Assembly: GCA_951406725.2 (NCBI GenBank)
Contig: OX597829.1
Coordinates: 35,588,001-35,652,000 of the forward strand
DNA length: 64,000 nt
Reading direction: 5' to 3'
Source of the DNA: Octopus vulgaris
Lineage: Eukaryota
Under the pieces are notes generated by a model, which did no database searches, had not been told where the DNA came from, and worked only from the letters and a program-made list of their open reading frames with translations. How positions within the stretch are numbered: position 1 is the first letter of the stretch; every line of letters starts with the position of its first letter. This document shows, in pieces, positions 42,144-54,422 of this stretch. The translations under genes were made by a program, and so were the position numbers.

Positions 42144-43048
42144 CATCTGTGGACATAGCTTAAATTTTGCATTATTTTGAAGGAATTTTTGCATTTTGCA
42201 TTTTGCATTAATGCAGGCATGTAAGTAATTTGTTCATTATTGAATATAATAATATAAATTATTTACGTGCTTTTTAAGTTACGAAGCAATCTGTCGCGAT
42301 ATTACAATTTTCTTATTGTTAAATAAAATTTTATTAAACTATCTGAAAAGGAAGCCATGAAGAGAAATTTGGCGTTAAGTGAGACTAAGGGAATAACAAT
42401 AAACTGTGAAGAAACCAAATGGAAATTTGATTGAATTCTTAAAGGAAATGTAAGCAGAAATGTAAACACCGTCCTTCCAAAATTTAGATGTGTTGAAAAA
42501 GGAAATATCACGATTTTTAGAGGAGAAATCCTTGATTTCCTTCCCCAACTGATTACGTAGTATATCCGGTTGATTTTATAATCGTCAGGAATTATGCAAT
42601 TACCATAGTATATAGCTTAATTTTACATTTGGCATAGAAACGCCTCGTTAATAAAATTAGAAATGTATGGTTTTTTTTTAGAAATGTATGGGTTTCAATC
42701 CTTCTAGTTCATGTATTGTTAAATTAATGTCTAAAGCACAAATATGCTAACTAACCTACTCAGTTCGATATAATTGAAATCCTGACTGGTTTATATAATA
42801 CTTGAATATTCTTTATCAATGGCAGGAAAAAATCGGCTGTCTTCTCAGTTTACATCTGCTATCGTATACATAGTTGGATGTTGTAAACATTAATGAAAAC
42901 AAAATCAAATATAATCCTTTACGAGAACACAGCTTCTTCACTGAGCCCATTTTTAATATTGCTGCCAGACAGGAAGTAAGTTATTCATTGGTCTTCAGTA
43001 TGCTTTTTATCAAATATACCTGTATAGTTATCTGTTTGTATATTACTA

Positions 43049-43456
43049 GGCGCAGGAGTGGCTGTGTGGTAAGTAGCTTGCTAACCAACCACATGCTTCC
43101 GGGTTCAGTCCCACTGCGTGGCATCTTGGGCAAGTGTCTTCTGCTATAGCCCCGGGCCGACCAATGCCTTGTGAGTGGATTTGGTAGACGGAAACTGAAA
43201 GAAGCCTGTCGTATATGTGTATATATATATGTATGTATGTGTGTGTTTGTGTGTCTGTGTTTGTCCCCCTAGCATTGCTTGACAACCGATGCTGGTGTGT
43301 TTACGTCCCCGTCACTTAGCGGTTCGGCACAAGAGACCGATAGAATAAGTACTGGGCTTACAAAGAATAAGTCCCAGGGTCTATTGCTCGACTAAAGGCG
43401 GTACTCCAGCATGGCCGCAGTCAAATGAGTGAAACAAGTAAAAGAGTAAAAGAGTA
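43049..43456 (+). mobile_element. Full SINE family A copy (tRNA-like head, internal TA/TG tract, AAAAGAGT tail)
   Basis: GGCGCAGGAGTGGCTGTGTGGTAAG (A box), GGGTTCAGTCCC (B box), ends in tandem AAAAGAGT. At least 8 relatives in the window. Confidence 0.9.
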
Positions 43457-44469
43457 CTATATCGAACAACGGAATGAATGAAGTTCGGTCGAAGTTAGGC
43501 TACATTACGAAATAAATGTAGATGCTGCTGTACTGAATGACGTATGCGAAAATATTTTTGATTACGAAGATCAACGGAAATTTGCAGTATATTCGACAAG
43601 ATGGAGCTAAGAGAAATAGCTCAAATAAAGACATGGAGTATATAAAATATATTCAGTAGGTATTGAAATTCTGGTTGTCAAACTCTAAAGTTTTTTTAAT
43701 GAAATTTGAAATTTTATTTCCCTTTCACTTGACTATAGAAAACAAAAACCTAGCGATAATCGCAGCTGTTTCGCGAAATGTTGAAAAGTAATTTACAGAA
43801 AACAAAATATGAAGACAGGTATAGGAACAACAAGCAGGTGTATTAGTGTAACACTCGATATCTATATCTAGTGATAATATTCAGCGATTACCCGAATGTC
43901 ACGATTCGCTGGAATGTTGTTCACATGATCGAATCTGACCAATCGCGATTTGCTCACGTGATCGACAGGATCTGGCCAATCACGACTTCACGTGGAATAG
44001 GGCTCCTGCGACTAATATCAACTTTGATGTCTTTCTTCCTGAGCCTCTCGATCGGTATAGAATCAACACATGCGACCGTCAGCAGTCAGAAAGCCTTGGG
44101 TTGTAGCAGACACGACGGTGGACGACATGGCGATGCTGAACCTAATATCATCATGATGAACTACCGGCGGTAACTACGTCTAGTAGTAACTTTTCTAATA
44201 TTATTTCATTTACAATAACATCCAGACTCTCTCAACATTCGTTGTAATACTATTTCGATTACACTAAACACAATAATATTCAAACTCTTTCAAACTCTTT
44301 CAAATAAATTTTGATCATAAAAACCTCAACAGATTTCGTTATTTTCTTCTATCCAAAACTGTTGACCTACGACGGTTAGAAATAACAGCCAGCTCCTAAC
44401 ATTAGCAGTCAGATACAGCAATATATACATAAAAAAGAAAAATGTTTATAATTATGAACAAGTCACAAT

Positions 44470-44975
44470 TATAACTAAAAGGGTTAAAAAAAACCCTTAC
44501 TTGTTAAAAGTAGCAACCAAAACCGCTATAAAGCCATTACATCACTCATATTATTTCTCCTCATGATAAAAACCTGTCTTCGGGCGACATGGCAAATAGA
44601 TTCCACAACTTGAAAATAACTGGTTAATTCCTTATTGCAATTTCGGCGTTAAGGACCACTTAAGGGACCTATTCGCCTCATCAAGGGAAATATTCCTATA
44701 GATAGAAATCAAAACAAGACTTTACCTTGGGGCGAGCATGAATCCCGATCGGCAATAGAAATGTTTTCACCTCTATCTACACAATCAAGTGGTCCCTAAA
44801 GTCGAAATTGCAATAGGGAATTAACCAGTTATTTTCAAGTTATGGATTCTATTTGCCATGTCGCCCGAAGACAATTTTTATCGTGAGGAGAAATAATATG
44901 AGTTATATAATGACTTTATAGCGGTTTTGGCTGTTATTTTTAACATGTAAGGTTTTTTTAACCCTCTTAGTTATA
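44470..44975. repeat. Long inverted repeat (~190-bp arms, ~125-bp spacer) carrying a hammerhead motif
   Basis: 44470-44661 is the reverse complement of 44787-44975 (e.g. TGTCTTCGGGCGACATGGCAAATAG / CTATTTGCCATGTCGCCCGAAGACA). Confidence 0.9.
44628..44689 (-). ncRNA. Hammerhead ribozyme, C3>U variant
   Basis: TTCCC-TTGATGA-GGCG..CGCC-GAAA-TTGCAA-TA-AGGAA. The other arm keeps GAAATTGCAATAGGGAA, which restores stem I. Confidence 0.65.
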
Positions 44976-45119
44976 GTTTATGATAACTTGCTTGGTCATT
45001 GATATATTCATTAATAATGTTAATTATTTATAATATATCCTCCGTAATGTTTTGACATTACTTTCTATATATACCCCCCCACATATATATGTATGTATAT
45101 GTATATATATATATAATTC

Positions 45120-46235
45120 AAATTTACAGAAAAGCAAAAGACGAAGACAGGTGTAAGAACAACAAGCAAGTGTATTAGTTTAACGCTTGGGAAAATGGAA
45201 AAGTCTTTTACGTTTCGAGCCTTCTCTCTTTGATAGAAAGGAATAAGAGGGGGTGGGGTGGAAAGAGAATGAAAAAAAACTTTGAAGGAGGGAAGGAGTA
45301 GGTTAGGGAAGATGTGCGAGGTGGACAGGTCGGACTGGAGTCGACGGAAGGCTCGGATAATTGTGAGTTGGAGGGGTGGTAGGTGAGGGGAAATAGGAGA
45401 CAGGTAAGGGTGGGATGGGTGCAAGGAGAAAGAGCAGAAGCACAGTCTACAGATCGTGCCCGGGCAAGGGCAGTGTATTAATGGTGAGGGGATATTCATG
45501 TTGGACGAGTTGAAACTGAGTCTCAAAGTCATAATCGTCACTGCAGAGCCTGCGTAGACGGAAGAATTGGAAGTAGGGGATGAAGAGCTTGGTGTGGGTA
45601 GGGTGGGAGGAGGAGGAGGAGGAGAAGAAGTTACGGTATGAGTGTGAGTTAGTGTGTTTGTATGGTGGATGAAGGTAGTGCGAGCGGAGTGGTATATGCT
45701 GAGAGAAATGTCGAAAAATCCGACTGAAAAGTAGAGGAAAATTCGAGGGCAGGAAGAATTGGACAAAAGAGAAGGTGTCCAGCTGTTTGCGGGCGAATGA
45801 GGATGCGCTGATACAGTCATCGTTATAACGACTGTGTGTCTCGGGCGTGGCACCAGTGAGTATATTTGTACCTCAACGTAGCCAACGAACAGGTTCGCAT
45901 AGTTGGCGCCCTTTCTCGTTCCCATGGCCACTCCCGACACTTGTTGGTAAAACTCCCCCGCAAACGAGAAGAACTTGAGGAAGAAGAGAAGTTCGACCAG
46001 ACAAAGAAGTGTAAACGTGTCAGGTTAAGGGTCAGGCCGAAGATCAAGGAAGTGTTTAAGCGCAAGAAGTCCTTCTTTCTCTTGGATCACCGTATACAAA
46101 CTTTTAATGTCAAGAGTTGAGAAGGGCCAGAAGGGAAGATGCAAGAGTTAAACAGACGGAGAGCATGATTGCTGTCGTGGATGTGAGAGGAGGGAAGCCT
46201 CTAGGGGGACAAGAACACTGCCGAGGTATTTGGGG
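45120..46235 (-). mobile_element. Decayed Penelope-like RT with pLTR
   Basis: SGVAMGTRKGANYANLFVGYVE (PLE RT), FFDISLSI. The pLTR at 45120-45260 matches 43800-43860 and 47950-48195. Confidence 0.85.
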
Positions 46236-46515
46236 ACTATATATATATGTATGTATGTATTTATGCGTGTATGCTTGTACATATGCATGTACATGTATAC
46301 ATATGCATGCGTGTGTGTTGTCGCTGGCTTTGCTTTGAATTTGTGAAGTGCTGAGACAGCTTCTTCAAAGCATCCTCCCAAAGATGTAACCTGAAACTGA
46401 CTTCGCCATGATTTGAAACCAGAGCGGACAGCATTGGATAAACTATCACAAAGTATTTTATTATACATATTTAGATACCCTGCAAATTTGCCACTACATA
46501 TATGTGTCTGTGTGT

Positions 46516-46565
<50 letters not shown>

Positions 46566-46567
<2 letters not shown>

Positions 46568-46745
46568 CCAGCGAACAGGTTCGCATAGTTGGCGCCCTTT
46601 CTCGTTCCCATGGCCACTCCCGACACTTGCTGGTAAAACTCCCCGCAAACGAGAAGAAGTTGAGGAAGAAGAGAAGTTCGACCAGACGGATTTTATATAT
46701 TTATATATATGTCTGGTCGAACTTCTCTTCTTCCTCAACTTCTTC
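46566..46745 (-). repeat. Duplicated PLE RT fragment (copy of 45880-46000) with a ~33-bp fold-back
   Basis: AGAAGTTGAGGAAGAAGAGAAGTTCGACCAGAC..AT-rich loop..GTCTGGTCGAACTTCTCTTCTTCCTCAACTTCT. Confidence 0.85.
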
Positions 46746-46820
46746 TGGCCCTGTTCCTTGAATATTTTGAATAATATGAATAAAAAAATGGAGTTAACGC
46801 AGGTGTAATCAAATATTTTT

Positions 46821-46906
46821 ACTTTCGACACAAGTTTCGAAAATTCCACTGATACTATTCAAAAGAATAAATGGTATAAACAATGCAATCTTCTCCTCAG
46901 GAAAGT
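46821..46906 (-). ncRNA. Type-I hammerhead ribozyme (long stem II)
   Basis: ACTTTC-CTGAGGA-GAAGATT..AATTTTC-GAAA-CTTGTG-TC-GAAAGT; GUC site. Confidence 0.75.
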
Positions 46907-47287
46907 GAAAAAATGGTTGATTCTCTCAATTTCGATACCATATGACAAAGGCAAGAAATTCTGTCTTTGCAATTCTGAGCTATTTTTCATTATTTTTTCT
47001 AAAAAATACTCTTGTAAACACGGTTATAGAGCGAGCATACAGATGTAAGCTTTGGCAAAAACATACATTTAGTGCATATAAGTAGTCTCTATCATTATAT
47101 ATAATTTAAAATTTAAATTCCTTTATATTTAACATTCACTATTAATATCCCTACTGTTTCTGTTAGCTACTTATGACGTTATATCATATAACGTTTTTTT
47201 AATCAATATTAATAGCGTTCTGTCTATCGCTATACAAATCCATCATTTTTTGCTATAATGTCTTATTGACGAGTTTCGTTTTTTTTC

Positions 47288-47373
47288 ACTTTCTTGAGGA
47301 GAAGATTGCCTTGTTTATACCATTTATTCTTTTGAATATTATCAGTGGAATTTTCGAAACATGTGTCGAAAGT
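47288..47373 (+). ncRNA. Hammerhead ribozyme, mirror copy with C3>U
   Basis: ACTTTC-TTGAGGA-GAAGATT..AATTTTC-GAAA-CATGTG-TC-GAAAGT. Confidence 0.65.
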
Positions 47374-47413
47374 AAAAATATTTGATTACACCTGCGTTAA
47401 CTCCATTTTTTAA

Positions 47414-47457
<44 letters not shown>

Positions 47458-47949
47458 CATACATATATATATATGTATGCATGTATGTATGTATGTATGT
47501 ATGTATGTATGTATACATATATATATAGTTATATATTTGTATATACATATATGAATATATATATATGCATGTATACATCCATCTCTATCCATATCTAAAT
47601 CCATCTGTATATCTGTTTCCCCTCTCTCTCGCTTTCTCTCCCTCCCTTTCTTTCTCCCTTCCTCTTTCTCTATTTTTCTCTTTCTCTGTCTACCTATATG
47701 TCTACCTATTTATATGTAAATCTATATGTAGCACCATCACACCACACCACACACCACTACACCATGCACCACCATACCACACAACACATCACATCACACC
47801 ACCACGCACACACTAGCACTGACAACTTCCCAGCCCCACATCCACACATCTACACATACACACGCGCACACGTCGAGCTCACCAGCACTCTTCCACATGC
47901 ACATACATACTCTCTTATACACACGGACGCGCAACTTCGTTTTGGGATC

Positions 47950-48190
47950 ACCACTACTTTATTATCTCCCCTTCTTCCTAGCATTCCAGTGTAACCCCTC
48001 TGTCCGGCATTCGCCATGATAGATCGCTAGTCACTACACATTCTTTATTTTCTCTCCATGGTTCTTTCTGTCTTGCTTTCTGTGGAAGAGCGTAGGCTCG
48101 AAACGTTAAAGACTTTTTCACTTCCCGAGCGTTAAACTTATACATCTGTTTGTTGCCTACACCACCTGCCTTCGTCTTTTTGTGAATTGT

Positions 48191-48195
<5 letters not shown>
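47950..48195 (+). mobile_element. Solo Penelope-like pLTR with hammerhead-like variant (48070-48113)
   Basis: CTGTGGA-A-GAGC GTAG GCTC-GAAA-CG-TT-AAAGAC. Homologous to 45120-45260; ends at (TA)n. Confidence 0.65.
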
Positions 48196-48241
<46 letters not shown>

Positions 48242-48564
48242 TGTATGTATATAAATTTACAAGTTTTATTTCGTAAAAGTATATAATTTAGGCATACACA
48301 GTCCATTATTAATGTGTACAAATACACACATAAATACACACAGCTATAACATCAGAATATCAGATATATGTCCACTTCTCTTCCATATAAACCTATTCTT
48401 CGCTATGTTTTTTTTTATCCTTTCCATGTTCTAACACCATTGTCACACTGAGTCACTCTCTTTTTTCCGCCTCTCCTTTACTTACTTTCACTTTCTTTTT
48501 CTTCTCTATAACAATGACCTCTCCTATTCTACTTAAAATATCTCACCGAAACAATATGACCTCC

Positions 48565-48685
48565 TCTGTTTACATTTCCTTTAAGAATTCAATTAAATTT
48601 CCATTTGGTTTCTTCACTGATCAGTTTATTGTTATTCCCTTAGTCTCATTTAACGTCAAATTTCTCTTCATAGCTTCCTTTTCAA
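48565..48685 (-). repeat. Unclassified dispersed repeat, inverted copy of 42345-42460
   Basis: TTTAAGAATTCAAT..CCATTTGGTTTCTTCAC..GTTATTCCCTTAGTCTCA matches the reverse complement at 42345-42460. Confidence 0.8.
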
Positions 48686-49689
48686 ATTATTTATTCTTCC
48701 TGCTCTCTTTCTTTCCCTTTCTCTCTCTCTCTCTCCCTCTCTTTCTCTTTCTCTTACTCTTTCTAGTTCTCTTTTTTATTCTGTACTTTTAATGTCTCTT
48801 CTCTTTCCCTGTTTCTCCGTTCATAGAAATTTTTTTTATTTTCTTTTTCATCCTCCGTTTATCTCTTTCCCTCCTCTTTAAGTTACTTAATCAGTTTTCT
48901 CTTCTTTTTTCTCTATTATGTTTTTCCCTCCTTCCTTCCCTATTTCTCTCTCTCGCTTGCTCGATCGTTCGCTTGTTCGCTCTTTTTAACATTCATATGC
49001 ACTTTCCTGTATAGCTTCAGACACACACACACACATACTCACACAGACACACACATTCACACACATGCTCACATGCAGTTGTCTCTGATTCTATCCTCTT
49101 CTCTTTCTCTACATCTCATCTGTATTATTTTAAATTTCAGTTTTCATTGTACAACTGTTGTCTTAGAGGTTTTGTTGCAGCAAAATAGCAAAGCCAAACA
49201 CGGCTTTCTGATCTTCGAGGATAATACTCACAAAATCTTACAACAACCTCCTCCTCTCTCCCTTTCATTCATTCTCTCTGCGTCTCCTTAAATACCCCCA
49301 CCCCCGAACATGCCTGACGTAATGGAAAATTTATGCCCTTGACATTTTCATTGTCGGCGATTCTGTTAAATCCAGAAACGTTATTCCTACCATCATCGCC
49401 AACCATGAGAGCATATATATGATGGCTGAAGGTAGCACCCAAATGTTCCTCATATCGCATCCTAACGTTTGAAATATGAAAATCAGATATTTAAGTTTGA
49501 AGTGCTCTGTTCACTTTAAAGAACGGTATGGCTATGGCTGTAATATTTCCTTACTTTGCTTCCTGTAACTTTCGGTTGTTCCCTAAGATGAAGGAGAACC
49601 TCAGGAGTAGTCGTTTTGAAGATAGTGGGATGAAGGAAGCTGTAAAAAAGGATCTTGTCCTTCTTCTTACTGCAAGTTTTGAAGAGTGC

Positions 49690-50680
49690 AGTTCGATTTT
49701 AACAGTTATTTTTTCAAAGCATATTTTGCTGAATGAGCTCAATAAAAGCAACAACGCAACGGAATGTGCGAGGAATATTAATGCAGGATATGGGAATCGG
49801 ACAATAAGCGTAAGCCAGTGTTAACGGTGGTTCTAGAAGTTCTGAGCCGGAACCCACAGCCTAGAGGACATGCCTCGTTCTTGAAGATCTGTAGAGCTCG
49901 ACGATGTCGTCCTGCAAACCGCGGGGGAATTAAATTCCATCCTAACAAGCAGAGAAACTAGCAGAGAAACTTGGATTTGGTTATTCAACCATTCATCGAC
50001 ACCTGTGTGCCAATGGAAAGGTCATCCAATTGGGTCAATTGGGTTCCTCATAAACTCTCCGAGTCTAATCTCGAGCAGAGAGTGAATGTGTTCTCTTCTT
50101 TGCTGTCACGTTTCACGTATTAACCTTATTTGGGGGGCCGAATAGTGACTAGTGGTGAGAAATGGGTTCTCTATAAAAATTTCAGGTACCGAAAAGTGTG
50201 GGTAGGGAAAGGAGAAACCCCGGCATCGCAAGCTAAAAAGAGTCTTTACCCACGTAAGATGTTCTTATCTGTTTGGTCGGATATGAAAGGTCTAACCCTC
50301 TTTCAACTTTTAAAACCAAACCAAAAGATAACAAACGAAATCTTTTGTGAGCAGCTTGAGCGACTCAAGTCAGCGCTTGAAGAAAAACGGACATTTTTGG
50401 TTTCAAGACGAAATGTGTTCTATCAGGATAATGCTAGGCCGCATACAGCGAGGATGACATTCCAAAGACTGGAACAGTTTGAATGGGAAACGATGCCTCA
50501 CCCACCATATTCGCCGGACAGAACAGTACCGGAGGAGTATTTTTCGTCACGGACAAGTGAATTTTGGAAGAGGGGCCTTGCAAGTCTACAGATAGATAAA
50601 AAACATTGTAAAAAATGAAGGAGAGTATATTTTAGATTATAAAAGCACTTTCTCTTAATTTTGAGAAATAAAAGAAGTGT
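49690..50680 (+). mobile_element. Decayed mariner transposase
   Basis: HILLNELNKSNNATECARNINAGYG; RIVTSGEKWVLY; QDNARPHTA; HPPYSPD. Confidence 0.9.
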
Positions 50681-50781
50681 AAAAGAGACGCATGGGGGTG
50701 GTGCAAATACAGACTCAGAGACACACACACATAAATGTACATACATACATACATACATACCTACGTACATACATACATACA

Positions 50782-50844
<63 letters not shown>

Positions 50845-50848
<4 letters not shown>

Positions 50849-51177
50849 CCCCCCTCGGTCACGACACAGACCATGGGATTGCACCTTGAAAGTTACCCTC
50901 CTAGGTACAAGTCTGGGCAAGGTTGTTTATGGAAGACCAGCAGTCGCCCATGCATACCCGTCTCCCCTCTCGACGCCACCAGTGTTATCCAAGGGAAAGG
51001 CAACAGCAGATATAGCTTGGCACCTTTGACGTCGCAACTCATTTCTACAGCTGAGTGAACTGGAGCAACGTGAAATAAAGTGTCTTGCACAAGAACACAA
51101 CAAGCAGCCCGGTCCGGGATTCGAGCTCACAAGCTCATGATCGTAAGCTCGACGCTCTAACCACTGAGCCATACCTC
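50845..51177 (-). mobile_element. tRNA-derived SINE family D
   Basis: Minus strand: TGGCTCAGTGGTTAGAGCG (A box), TCGAATCCCG (B box), GTGTTCTTGTGCAAGACACTT core. Confidence 0.85.
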
Positions 51178-51179
51178 GA

Positions 51180-51660
51180 GAAAAGGACAGCAACTAGTCT
51201 TACAAAGCATGTCTGGGAATTGAAAGAGAAATTCTAGAAAAAGCATCATCATGCAGACACGGAGCTTATGAAAGACATATGAAATGTAATCATTGTCTCT
51301 CAGAAAAGTTCTTTATCCAGTTCCGTGATAAACATACTTTGAACCAGAGACTCAAGCTCTTAAATTCTTAGAGGCACGGCGTGAGGTTTAAAATGTCAAC
51401 CGATAAAATATCGTAAGGGTAATATATTTTGACTTTCGGAAAATTTTGACTGTCTCATTTGAATTTGACTTCACAACTTATAGTTATTTTGTATTACAAC
51501 GCTAATGTATATTTCGACTTCACTTTTAAGAAAGCCTTCGACTGTTTTTCAAATTTGAGCTGAAACTTCGCCGAGGTTTATTTTTATGGTTTACTCACGC
51601 ATTTAATTATGTTATATTAATTTATTGTGCAATTCCCTTATTTTAACATTTTAATATTAT
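51180..51660 (+). mobile_element. Penelope-like GIY-YIG C-terminal remnant and pLTR
   Basis: TSLTKHVWELKE..KCNHCLSEKFFI..LNQRLKLLNS*RH. Confidence 0.7.
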
Positions 51661-51843
51661 ATATAACAGACAGGATTTTAAAATGGTTGCGTATATACGT
51701 TATGATGTATATGTTTATCTTGATGTGAATAATGATCTCTCTATATATATGTGTATGCGTGTATTGTAGGTATGTGCATGTATGTATATGTATGTGTGTG
51801 TACGTATATATATATGTGCGTGTATGTGTATTTATATAAATAC

Positions 51844-51925
<82 letters not shown>

Positions 51926-52789
51926 ATTCATTTATAGATGTGTGCATGTATTTGCGTACATATTTTTTGTATATTTGTATGCATATCTATATGTGTGTGT
52001 ATTTGTATGTACGTTTGTATTTATGTAGATATACATGTAATTTTATGCGTGCGTTTTTATGTGTACGTTTCGAAAGATGAACAAAATATCTAAACTTCCC
52101 TTTCTCTCTCTAATTTTCCGTTTCTCTTTCTTTTATTTCTTTTTCTTCTTTTCCACTTTTTTCTTTCTTCCCCACTTATCATTATCTTTCTTCGCTTGTA
52201 ACAACTAACTTGTATAAGCATACGCCAGGAAATTTTGTGCGCTTGCGTATGTGTGCGTGCATACATATATATGCATTTGTATATATTTATGTCTTGCCTA
52301 TATATATATATCTGTATATGTATGTAGCCATGTACCTGCGTCTATATGTTTAGTGTACATACGTATATTATAGATTGTTTGGTATGTGTATATATTGCTA
52401 AATGTATATGTGATCTAGCGTAAAAACAAATTTTAAACAGTTATATATTTTAATTTATTGATTTATTAACATTTTACAGTTAATTATTTATCAAGGGCAT
52501 TCAGGCCTTTTCCTTCTTTATAAGCTATTTTTGATTTAAGGTTTTCTACGACTTTTATTATAAAATGATTTTAAACCGCACTTTGTTATTTCATGCAACC
52601 GGTTATCAAGAAGACCGTTAGTTGAAAGGAGTAATGGAACCAAACCATTTTCAAATGTGTATCTTCCAAAGTAATTGTATTTCTGCATATAACTTTATCT
52701 TGCTACATTCTAAACAAAACTACCCGACGAAGAGGAACGTGAAACTTTGAGTAACAGTTTTTGTGATATTTTTGGTGCTATTTAATAAA

Positions 52790-52832
<43 letters not shown>

Positions 52833-52984
52833 CTTTTACTTTTCTCTCTCTCTCTCTATATATATGTATATATGGTACTGTAAATTTAGGGTGAATATTT
52901 GATAAGTGTAAGTACCTGTATATGCCAGATAGTGGCATATATCGTGTACCGCGATATCCTTTGTGTTCTGTTTTTGATTTTATT

Positions 52985-53028
<44 letters not shown>

Positions 53029-53047
53029 TATATATACATATATGTAT

Positions 53048-53113
<66 letters not shown>

Positions 53114-53151
53114 CATACATACATACATACATACATACATACATACATACA

Positions 53152-53185
<34 letters not shown>

Positions 53186-53764
53186 AAATATATGTATATA
53201 TATCGTTTACTTAATTTCAGTCGGCGAATCGACACCAGTGCTCATTTCTTAAATCCTGGTACTTATTCTATCGGTCTCTTGCCAGACTGCTCTATTACGG
53301 TAATATAAACAAACCAAAACCGGTTGCTATGCGGTAGTGGTGGGTTTACATGCACGCATCCCCCCCACACACACACACACACATACAAACGGCAGGCGGT
53401 CTTCTTTCAGTGGCTGATAATCACTTCCATTGGCAAGGCTTTGCTCGGCCGGAGGCTATAGAAGACACTCGCCCAAGTGGGACTGAACCTGGAACTATGT
53501 GGTTGTGAAGAAAACCTTTTACTACAGACACGATTGCACCTACACACATACATGCGCACATACACATACACGTACGCACATATGCACACATATATATGTA
53601 TGCATGTTTGTATGTATGCACACAGACTCACTCACTCATACGTATATGTATATGCATGCATATGTGTAGTATGTTTGTGCTTGTGAATATGTACCAATGT
53701 ATGTGTATACTTAACTTTACTTCCATACAGTGGTTTCACGCCAGTATTTATAGTATGGAACTCG

Positions 53765-54152
53765 TACTCTTTTACTTGTTTCAGTCATTTGACTGCGGCC
53801 ATGCTGGAGCACCGCCTTTAATCGAGCAACTCGACCCCTGGACTTATTCTTTTGCAAGCCCAGTACTTATTCTATCGGTCTCTTTTGCCGAACCGCTAAG
53901 TGACGGGGACGTAAACACACCAGCATCGGTTGTCAAGCAATGCTAGGGGACAAACACAGACACACAAACACGCATATTTATACATATATACATATATACG
54001 ACGGGCTTCTTTCAGTTTCCGTCTACCAAATCCACTCACAAGGCTTTGGTCGGCCCGAGGCTATAATAGAAGACACTTACCCAAGGTGCCACGCAGTGGG
54101 ACTGAACCCGGAACCATGTGGCTGGTAGACAAGCTACTTACCACACAGCCAC
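53765..54152 (-). mobile_element. Full SINE family A copy (a diverged copy also at 53215-53530)
   Basis: Reverse complement of the family A sequence. Confidence 0.9.
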
Positions 54153-54422
54153 AGTGCATCTTAGTAGTACTTGAAAAACCAGAATTTTGTTTTGCACCTA
54201 AGTACTAGACAAATACTCCGAAGGTCAAAGCCTAGAAATTTCTGGATATTAGGAAGAAATTATCCTACGTTAGTAACAACTGGCACTGATGATATACACA
54301 CCTACGAATTTAAATTTTTACGCGAGAAAAGGATGTCTTTTTAACATATTTACACACACACACACACACACAAATATATACATACGTACACACACATACA
54401 CATAAGTATATATATATATACA

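Larger units (their letters stand above)
46774..47420. mobile_element. Non-coding ~650-bp element with ~140-bp terminal inverted repeats, each holding a hammerhead
   Basis: 46774-46913 is the reverse complement of 47279-47420. AT-rich interior; ends at (TA)n. Confidence 0.85.

Noticed and set aside
42530-42595. Minus-strand CTGACGA..GAAA
   Set aside because: Stems I and III and the cleavage triplet cannot be formed convincingly.
43939-43994. ER-stress element CCAAT-N9-CCACG
   Set aside because: Spacing and sequence do not match the consensus.
51530-51582. HHR-like remnant after the GIY-YIG fragment
   Set aside because: The core is too degraded to call.
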